Shown here piece by piece: positions 55,175 through 64,000 of a DNA stretch of 64,000 nucleotides. A model generated the notes under the pieces. The model made no database searches, was not told where the DNA came from, and saw only the letters and a program-made list of their open reading frames with translations. The DNA lies in the NCBI RefSeq assembly GCF_001194135.2, contig NC_068985.1:90024381-90088380 (forward strand). The letters are read 5' to 3'. Positions within the stretch are counted from its first letter, which is position 1. Each line of letters opens with the position of its first letter. Source of the stretch: Octopus bimaculoides. Taxonomy: Eukaryota. The translations under genes and the position numbers were made by a program.

Positions 55175-55633
55175 CAGTTTCTGTCTGCCAAACCCTCTAA
55201 GAATGTTTTTTGCTTGGACCGGGGTATAGCATGAGATACCTGATTAAATGCCTCATAGCGGCGCTAAATCCAATACGATATATCACGGAATAATTCTTCC
55301 TACTCACACAGACACCTTTGCGCTTTTGTACATTTCAGAACATTAATTCTTATTACGTAAGTTTGCAAATATATATACATATGTATTCAACTTATATATT
55401 TGCACAAGCAGATTAATATTTTCCCAAAATTGTGTACTATATGTGTTAGAATATGTAGCTTCTCAGATACTTGAGTATTAGTTCCTTGACCTAGCTGCTT
55501 TACAAAATATATACTTGAGGTACTTGAGGAAATTCTAGAATCTTAAAATATAATCACTTAACACAACAATAGATAAAGTGAAAATATTGATATACTTGAA
55601 AATTTATGAATTAGGAAAACATACTATTGGTCT

Positions 55634-55712
55634 TGTTGCTGTTGTTGTTGTTGTTGTTGTTGTTCTTCTTCGTCTTCTTCTTCTTCTTCTTCTTAATAAT
55701 AATAATAATAAT
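55634..55712. repeat. (GTT)n(CTT)n(AAT)n compound microsatellite
   Basis: Seen directly. It abuts the 3' end of SINE family 4 copy B. Confidence 0.95.
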
Positions 55713-55720
55713 CATTAAAG

Positions 55721-55978
55721 TCATATGCATTTCACGGATATTTGTCCTTATCATCATTTTTGTTAACACAACGTTTCGGCTGATATACCCTCCAGCCTTC
55801 ATGAGACGTCTTGGGGAAATTTCTAACCTGGCTTCTCATTCCTGAGGCATTTTTCGATATTATTATTATTATTATTATTATTTCAAACTCATTATTATTC
55901 AGGTCACTGCCTGGAATCGAACTCGGCATGTTGGTGTTAGTAGTTGCCCGCCCTCTAAACCACTACGCCATATGCCCG
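55721..55978 (-). mobile_element. tRNA-headed SINE with internal hammerhead motif (family 4, copy B)
   Basis: A box TGGCGTAGTGG (55960-55970), B box GAGTTCGATTCC (55913-55924), (AAT)n spacer and body. Colinear with 4256-4510. Confidence 0.85.
55765..55810 (-). ncRNA. Minimal type I hammerhead in SINE family 4 copy B (G5>C)
   Basis: Reads GACGU-CUCAUGA-A-GGCUG-GAGGGUAUAU-CAGCC-GAAACGUU^GUGUU. Stem II is a perfect 5 bp, stem III is the palindrome AACGUU, and stem I has 5 bp with wobbles. Confidence 0.7.
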
Positions 55979-56005
55979 TGAATAATAATAATAATGATAA
56001 TAATA

Positions 56006-56404
56006 CCAGTTGAGCATGTCCCTTGGTGGCTGACAATCTGTGCATCTCTGATCATGAGCAGAAGTAGTGGGGGAGCATCATAGCCATATGTTGAGAGGAA
56101 TTATTTGGGGTTTGAATAATTCACCTTTGGAAACATGGGTGTTTTGTTCATTATCCTTTAAACAAACCTTATTCAGGGACCTTTTGAGCGGGATGGGCTA
56201 CTCGACCTGAAGAAAATTCTAACTGGGCCCCACCTGCGAGGTCATGCACTGTTTATCTTGATATGAGATCACCATGTCGCGCACATATGGTTGTGATGCA
56301 TGTGCCTGGTGTACCGTTATTAGACGGGTAGTCATGATGGGTATATTGGGCTTTGTATATTTTACCCCAGTGTCACTTTGATGGCATGCACTGCTCTCTC
56401 ACTC

Positions 56405-56443
<39 letters not shown>
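56006..56443 (+). mobile_element. ~400 bp 5'-truncated retroposon 3' end with (AAT)n tail
   Basis: A GC-richer block ends ...gctctctcactc(AAT)n and is preceded by (AAT)n. The non-LTR assignment is inferred from the tail only. Confidence 0.55.
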
Positions 56444-56445
<2 letters not shown>

Positions 56446-59400
56446 CGAAATAATGATATGACACAGAATTGCTGATGTTTTAACGTCGTAGATATCATCT
56501 GGTTTTGAGGAGTCGAGGACAAAAATTCATTTATTTCAAGGTATCAACCGATGTTAATATGTGATTAAGTGATAAAAATTAATGATTTTAAATGGCCTAA
56601 TATAAATGAGTACATTTAACTAAACAACTAATTACAACACTGCCATCATTCAGTATAATTGGTCAAGACATTAACAGCATTGCGAGTTAAGGAAACTATC
56701 GGGCAAAAGGCCATATCAAGTTTATAGTATATACTAAGATCTTATCAGATAATTTCGCTTGCTCTCAGGTTATAAATCCTATTATATTATTTATAGTAAG
56801 AATTATGATTTATTGTAAGTTGTATCCGTATGTAATGTTTTAAAAAACAAACAAGCCTTAGTAATGGTAGCGACGATCTTGGTGATTTCTTCAAAAATAT
56901 CGAAACTAATGTCTTAAAACATGAAGAAGTATTAAATTATAATTTAGTAATGTCAACGTGTTATTTGGTATAATAAAATTATGTAATAAAATTATTTTTG
57001 ATAATAATAATTGGAAAATATTTTCTGATGCTGAAAGGTCGGTTAAGTCATTAAGAAATAATTTAATTCTCTCTACAGCGAGAAACATTCCACAAATTAA
57101 TTATTCCACCCACCTGTTTGAAAATATTACGAATGCTGTTCATAATGTGCATTAGGGCAATGTAGTGACAAGGAATATATTGAAATATGTAGCGTCGAGC
57201 TTAGGGTTTTGTGCAAAAGTTGAATGATAGATAATAAGTAATTAGTTCGAATAATGTAGTAGCTATTTCTCAAGTAGAAATAATTACGAAAAGAAGGAAA
57301 CTATTTTGTGTATGCTGATTCCGGTAATGTTAATGTGAATAATTTAAAAGAATACTATTTGCTGCGCGTGGTTTTAGAGGGGAAAAGTTAATCGACAAGT
57401 GAAACGTGTTATTCCAAGACAGTTATTAACAATTCTGATTTGGAAAAACAGTGTTCTAGAAAAAATATCTAACAAACCCTCTCATATTCATGAGGAACTA
57501 TATAAATACCGTAACATCTAATATCATCTTATGAAATCAGCGTCGTAACAAAAGGAAACAGAGGTTATTTATAAGTTTGGCTGCTGTAAAAGTGTAGTTG
57601 AGCGCTTGTTCTTCAATAAAGGGCTCTATTTACATATGTTTGAAACGCACACGTTTTTGTTGCACACTAAAGCACTTATTTCCTTACAACCATGCTGAAG
57701 TCCCCAGAAAAACTGTTTTCTGGGTTCATTCGGGTAAATAAAAAAAAAAAATGTTATATAAAATAAAGTGTCATAACTGACTCTCAAAAGTTACACATTG
57801 AAGATTTCGTTTCGAAAACTGTTTTGTTGCTTGAGGTGGAAACAATACAACACAATAAGTTTCGTTTGAACGTGGAAAGTATAAGTAATTAAACAAAATC
57901 GATGAATGGAGATAAGATCTCATTATGTTGATAATAATGTGTTGTTATAGACGATGATAAGAATAAATAATATTTTATTCAGTACACGAAGATAAGCATA
58001 ATGCTGCTCTCTACGTTATGTAAGAGAAATTCTGTGTCTATTTGAATATGTATTTCGAAAGGACATGACGACGTGTAAGTGTCTGTTCACCGATAAACAT
58101 TTTACTATGGGACTATACTATTGAACTGGATTGCCGAACTCACTGACTATTTCAACACTTTGTTATCAGCAAACAGAATTTGTAGTCAGAGCATTATTCT
58201 TGCCATGCGTTATGGAAATCTGATTCCAGACAAGTGAAACTTTTGCATTTCAGATGAAATAAAATTACTTTGCGTTATATGCCAGCAACATGTTTGTGAT
58301 ATGTCTCCGATAAACGATTAAATTTACCAAGCAGAGTCTTTATGTGAATGAATAGAAAGAAATTCCCACTAGAATACACAGAAATTTAGTCAAAGGTGAG
58401 ATTATTTGCAAACAATATGAATGCCAATATAAATAGAAAATAGTTACCAACTATTGCTTAGCAAATGAAACAAACTTCAATGCATAATGTCATTCAAAGT
58501 TCTGTTTGAATTATTCAAGTTAGGCGAAGTCCAGCAATTCCAATACAGAATAGTACATTTCCTGACAAAGGTAATACGCGCATAAGTTGTAGTATGCAAG
58601 AGTTTACATACCAGAAATTTACATGGAATTATGTGACGTAAATGTAGAATGTTCATATGTTCTGGTAATATACAATGACGGAGGATGCATAAAATATTGA
58701 TGGATTAGTTTGGCTATATTTTTGTCATATGATATGTAAAATAGAATAACTTAGAAGAGCTTTTGCGACCGTTCAAAACACTTTATGAGAATTATGAACA
58801 CAAATCGCATTTGAACGATGCAATCTGTGGATTCACTAAACAAATAAACAAAACATCAAAACAAAAACATGAGATTGAATGTAATCTAGAGAAAATCAGC
58901 CGAAAACTAAAACGGTTTCTTGCCGTGATGATCAGAAATTCCAATAGATCAATGAGCGAGAGAATCATTCTTGATCATTTTCCATTTCCAATTTGAACCA
59001 AACATGCGTTATCTCATGTTGTTTCAAGTTATTCTTTGCAAAGGAATCCATTCTTAATGTTTTTACTTGCATCTAGGAAGGTTTGTCAGTAACATCGAAC
59101 CTCAATTCATAAGGCTTACTTGGAGAAGTATCACCAAAAATATGATCGAGCAACTTTACTAAATGCTTAGAAAAGTTTTGGAAAAAAATTATATCCTGTC
59201 ATAACTATTCTTTTGATGCCCCTCTGGAATAGAATTCTAGTGGGTAGAAGATATTGTATCACACTATTATCTTATAAAGTCTCTAAGAATGAAATATTAG
59301 TCATGACACTTTTCGCGTATTTCCTAACAATATTGGAGCCCGCCATGGAGCCAACAGATGAAAAACAAGATGAATGTATTTTGTTTGTGTCTCAGCATCA

Positions 59401-59837
59401 AGATGATGGTTTGTTATATTTTCGAAAGTTGTTATATGTTCTTGATAGGTTTTCTTAAGCGATTATTGGTATTATGGTCTTATTCCAAGTGGAAATGTTA
59501 TTAGATAAAATGTGATTCCTTAACGACTGGGAATCGGAAAATTAAGGGAGACGGCTAACAATTACGAAAAAGGGAAACTTGCGACATTCCATTGTTGAAA
59601 ATGGCGATAACACTGAGAATTATACAGATACATTTCTATGCCTTTTAATTTGTCTATAATTTATGACTTTCAAAAACATTTCTCCTTTAGGGTCACTTTT
59701 TACAATCGCGGTGTAATTAATAACTTATGGAACAAATTACAAAGCACCGCACATCATGTCTGTAGTGCTAAAACTCCAACGTCAGATAACTTCAAGAGAA
59801 GCGTGTGAATATCGCGAAGGAATTAAATTAGACTATA

Positions 59838-60050
59838 AGCGCAGTGTGGTTGCATGGTAAGAGGTTTGTTTCCCAACCACATAATACTGGGCCCAGACTC
59901 ACTGCATAGCACCTTAGGCAAATGTCTTCTACAGAAACCCTGAGGCAGACCAAGGTCTTGTCAGTGCAGTTGGTAGATGGAAACTGAAATAAGTCTGTCG
60001 TATATGTGTGTGTGCGTGAGCGCACGTGTGTACGTGTGCGTGCGTGTGTA
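59838..60050 (+). mobile_element. SINE family 2, 5' half ending in (TG)n
   Basis: gcgcagtgtggttgcatggtaagag...gcaccttaggcaaatgtcttctac (CORE-like)...ggtagatggaaactgaaa. Confidence 0.8.
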
Positions 60051-60139
60051 TACATTTATTTTTTCACATGTTTCAGCCCGAATGATGTGGCCATGCTGGA
60101 ACACCACCCGTGTAATCACCTTTTGAATGGTCAATTTTA

Positions 60140-60890
60140 TCTTAATTGCTTTTGATGAAGGAGGGATTCCAACAACGCTTCCATGTTTAAAGTCTTTTTC
60201 CTTGACGTTGTTTCATGTGGGACCTTGGCTAGCATGCGGTCAAAATGTAACGTGAAAAGATCTATCCCTACTCCATGAAGATCCCTCGGATGTCTTCCAT
60301 GGCGTTAAATAGCTGTAGGCCATTGAATCCCAAGCTGTCGCAGTACAAGATCTTCACTATAGATGGAATAGATGTAATTTTGAAACAAAAGGGTGACGTC
60401 CAGTCCGGGGGTTGTTATAAATATCGATACCAAAGTTTGGTGCCAGCCCTCCTCCGATTTTTCATGCATCTATCACTGCATACGTGTCACGTCTTCGCTA
60501 CAGGGACTAGAGTCGTAGCTCTTTGAGTCTCTCCCAGTAGCTCAGCTGTTCCATCGATGCAATCTTCCTAATGTAACACTGTTGATCTGCCTCCAGTTCC
60601 GCTATTAAGTCGACACTCTAGGTTGATCACATTTGACAGCAGTATTTCAGACGGCTGAGAATAAATATCCTACATAGAACCAGAATAGCTTCCCGGTCCC
60701 TTGTTCTGCAGGTCCTCAAAATCCATCCGGCTGTTGTCCTACACGCTGCCCCCATCTTGGTGATATACTTGTAAAACGAGGCATCGTTGCTCATATCAGT
60801 CGCCAAATCAGGATCCCTTTCTTTCTCCTCTATAATTTCTCTTTTTAAAGGTCCTGGAAATTCCAGATAGCCTTTGCTTTCATGTCTCAT
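60140..60890 (-). pseudogene. CR1-group LINE ORF2 C-terminal fragment
   Basis: MSNDASFYKYITKM...AGWILRTCRTRD...FILSRLKYCCQM...AELEA...LSYWERLKELRL*SL*RRR...PNFGI...QLFNA. Stops and frameshifts present. Confidence 0.85.
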
Positions 60891-60896
60891 TTCATT

Positions 60897-60942
<46 letters not shown>

Positions 60943-61699
60943 ACACACCCACACAGAATTTCGACATATAAATGTATAATTATTTGAAGATAGTGTTCTT
61001 TGTAACGCCTTCGAAATATTCTTTAAAATGAACATTTATAAAATATTAAAAGACAGTTTTGATATAAATATCAGGCAGATCATTCCATTTTGCGAGAACA
61101 CATATATTTCGAACATATAGTTACCATCAATTTGTTTTTTTAGACACTGAGACAATTAATGCTCCGCGTATACAATTTAAATGAACATAAATATATGAAT
61201 ATGTCACTTTTGACATTGATCTCGTTTATTTAATAGGAATTTATCTTTTTCACACTGTGTTACTTGTCAAAACACTGCACTTAATTCTAATGATGTAAAA
61301 AATATTTAGTTGACTGTCATAGATTTAACTGAAGAGAAAGCTTAAGCTTAAATAAAATGAACAAAATGCGGTGTAGATGTCAGTTCCAAAATCTGTATGG
61401 TTCACACATGGGATTGTAAAACAAATTTTCCATAGAATGTCGTGACACCTGACGAATTTAACCCATATCTGATTGAACAAGTAAATTTATAATGGATCCT
61501 TAAATTGATCCTCTCCTATCATGATTCAAACCTTATTATTCTCAAGTGCAAGAGATGTATTACGAAATTATGAACACTATGCATTGACGAATGCGTTATC
61601 CACTATAACTGTTGGATGTTGTTCTCCGTTCGAGGTCACAGTTCAAGAGAGCGCGAGTTGCAAACTCTTTGAACGAGTGTAATGATTCCATAAGTATAT

Positions 61700-61880
61700 G
61701 ACATGTGAAGAACTTTGCTTCTCAGCCGAATGGCTCCGGCTTAGGTCATTCGGTGTAGCACTTTGAGTAAGTATTTCCTACTATAACCTCGGGTCGATTA
61801 AAGGCTGGTGAGTGGATTTTGTTGACGGAAACTGAAAAAAAGCACATCGTATATATATGTGTGTGTGTGTGTGTGTGAGA
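61700..61880 (+). mobile_element. SINE family 2, 5' half
   Basis: ctactataacctcgggtcgattaaaggctggtgagtggattttgttgacggaaactgaaa followed by (TG)n. Confidence 0.75.
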
Positions 61881-62010
61881 GAGAGAGTGTGTTTGTGGGC
61901 GAGGAGTACAAATATAACTGGTCATTCACCAATAACTACGACGAATGATACCGATGGTCTGATCAACGAAAAAGCCTTCTCGTTCAATTATTAACTTAGA
62001 AATAACAATG

Positions 62011-62100
62011 CACTCCATACCCACGCGTGTTCTTAAGGGAGTCCTCAGAGAGGTTCAGCGTGACACAAAATGTGATGACCATTGGAACTTTGAATTAGAG
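62011..62100 (-). mobile_element. SINE family 3 fragment
   Basis: ttcagcgtgacacaaaatgtga matches 53771-53790. Confidence 0.55.
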
Positions 62101-62152
62101 CTCTCACCCACTGTGCCAGCTGAGTAGACTGGAACATCATTAAATATAGTCC

Positions 62153-62801
62153 TTTCTACTATATGCACAAGGCCTGAAATTGTGGTGCTCAGAGTCAGTC
62201 GATTAGATCAACTCCAGTACGCAACTAGTACATATTTTATCGACTCCAAAATGATGAAAGGTAAAGTCGACTTCGGCGGAATTTTAGTTCAAAAGGTAGC
62301 GACAGGTGAAATACTACTAACCATTTCGTCCAGCGTGCTAAATATTCTTATTTCTTTATTACTCAGAAGGGGATAAATATACAGGGGACAAACAAGGAGA
62401 AGGATATTATGTCGATTACATTGACCTCACTGCGTAACTGGTACTTAATTTATCGACTCCGAAAGGATGAAAGGCAAAGTCGACCTCGGCGGAATTTGAA
62501 CTCAGAACGTACAATCGGACGAAATTCCGCTAAGCATTTCGCCCAGCGTGATAACAATTCTGCTAGCTCGCGATTTTTTTGTGTACACTAGGCACAAAGC
62601 CCGAAATTTTGGATTTGGGGGTCCAGTCGATTACATCGACTCCAGTAACGCAAGTGATACTTATTTTAGCCCCCCACCCCACCCCAAATGATGAAAAACA
62701 AACTCCACCTCGGCGGAATTTGAACTCAGAAGGTAGAAGCAGGTGGAATACTGCTAAGCATTTCGTCCAGCGTGCTAACGATTCTGGCAGATCAACGCCT
62801 T
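62153..62801 (-). mobile_element. Tandem trimer of SINE family 1/1b/1 (62153-62347, 62348-62572, 62583-62801)
   Basis: Three successive copies of the B-box/core block (gaatttgaactcagaa or a variant) with the family 1 or 1b tail. Confidence 0.85.
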
Positions 62802-63699
62802 ACATCATTAAATATAGCGTCTTACTCAACGATAAAACGCGACGCCGGGTAACTAAATCAGGCACTTACCATCGCAAGCTAAATACCCTGACCACTAATC
62901 CGTCGCTCAATGTGTAAATATATATAATATATAAACATACAACGCAGCTGCGTATAAGTATTTGGATGGTACATTACAGACAAGATGACATATTTTTATC
63001 TTAAGCACAATGATTAATTGTTATAAAATTCTAAACAAGAAACATATAAAATATCTATGACAATGTCGTTAATCATTAATCGCAAATCTTAATTCATTTT
63101 GTTATATATCCTCAATAGTTTTAAATGCATAAAAAAAACATATTTTAGTTTTAGTGCCAAACTTCCTGACAAGAATTAATTCATTACATCGATATCACAA
63201 AATCCGAATGCTTGTAACATGATATCAGTAACTCTATGTATGTATGTATGTATGTATGTATGTATATATGTATGTGTGTTTGTATGTATGTATGTATGTT
63301 TGTATGTATGTTTTTATGGTGAACGTAGCAAGGATAACACGTGTGAATGACGGAGTCACTTTGTGCATAATCCTATGAACAAGGAAAGGAAAAGAAAACA
63401 AAGCGTTACTTACTGTAATTTGTCTTTTTATGACATTAATGCCCGAGGTTACCATGGTCTTTTCCGTAAGCTTTTCTTTCCACGGATAAGCCTAATCTGT
63501 TTTTTTTTCATTTTTTGTAACATTTACAATATTTTCTATGATACACGATTCCTTTCGATCGGTGCTTCTTTTTTTTTTTGTATTTCACGATCTCTTTTGA
63601 TCGAAATTTTATTTTTTCTCCTTTTTCTTTCTTCAAAAGAAAAGCTCTACATTGTATATTCTCCATTCTGTGCAGCCCTGTGTGGCTAATAAAGAAACA

Positions 63700-63705
<6 letters not shown>

Positions 63706-63763
<58 letters not shown>

Positions 63764-63772
63764 CATCTATCC

Positions 63773-63824
<52 letters not shown>
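63706..63824. repeat. (ATCT)n microsatellite
   Basis: Seen directly. Confidence 0.95.
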
Positions 63825-64000
63825 GTCACCGTCATAGTGTCGAGCGAAAAGCACGTCGAGAACTAGGCGAGACACTTAAACAATACGAAACGGTGACAGG
63901 AGCAAAAATTAACCCGGAAAAGTCAGTGGGTTTGTTACTCGGCACCTGGAGAAGCAAGCCCATACCGTCCAACAGTGACTCCGTAGTGGGACGCTGGACG
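63825..64000 (+). pseudogene. Tx1/L1-like LINE RT fragment running off the window
   Basis: With one frameshift: VTVIVSSEKHVE..GETLKQYETVTGAKINPEKSVGLLLGTWR, the typical post-YADD segment (YE..SGAKIN..KS) of L1/Tx1 RTs. Confidence 0.75.

Overview
This is AT-rich eukaryotic non-coding DNA, dense in microsatellites, with ten N gaps from short-read assembly. The SINE families and repeat landscape point to a coleoid cephalopod, probably Octopus (inference). No host protein-coding gene, true tRNA/rRNA gene or CRISPR array can be supported, and nearly all ORFs in the supplied track are microsatellite read-through or transposon debris. The window is a transposon graveyard. It holds a ~3.7 kb Penelope-like element (PLE; disrupted RT + GIY-YIG) bracketed by ~360 bp inverted pseudo-LTRs, plus two other PLE relics, a Tc1 transposase relic, CR1-like and Tx1/L1-like LINE fragments, and at least four tRNA-derived SINE families. 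The main hidden signal is RNA structure: five minimal type I hammerhead ribozyme (HHR) motifs with palindromic stem III. Two lie in the PLE pseudo-LTRs, one is a solo relic, and two lie inside a ~250 bp tRNA-headed SINE. That SINE looks like a Pol III element with a Penelope-type self-cleaving 3' module. A 145-nt fold-back starts exactly at one predicted cleavage site.
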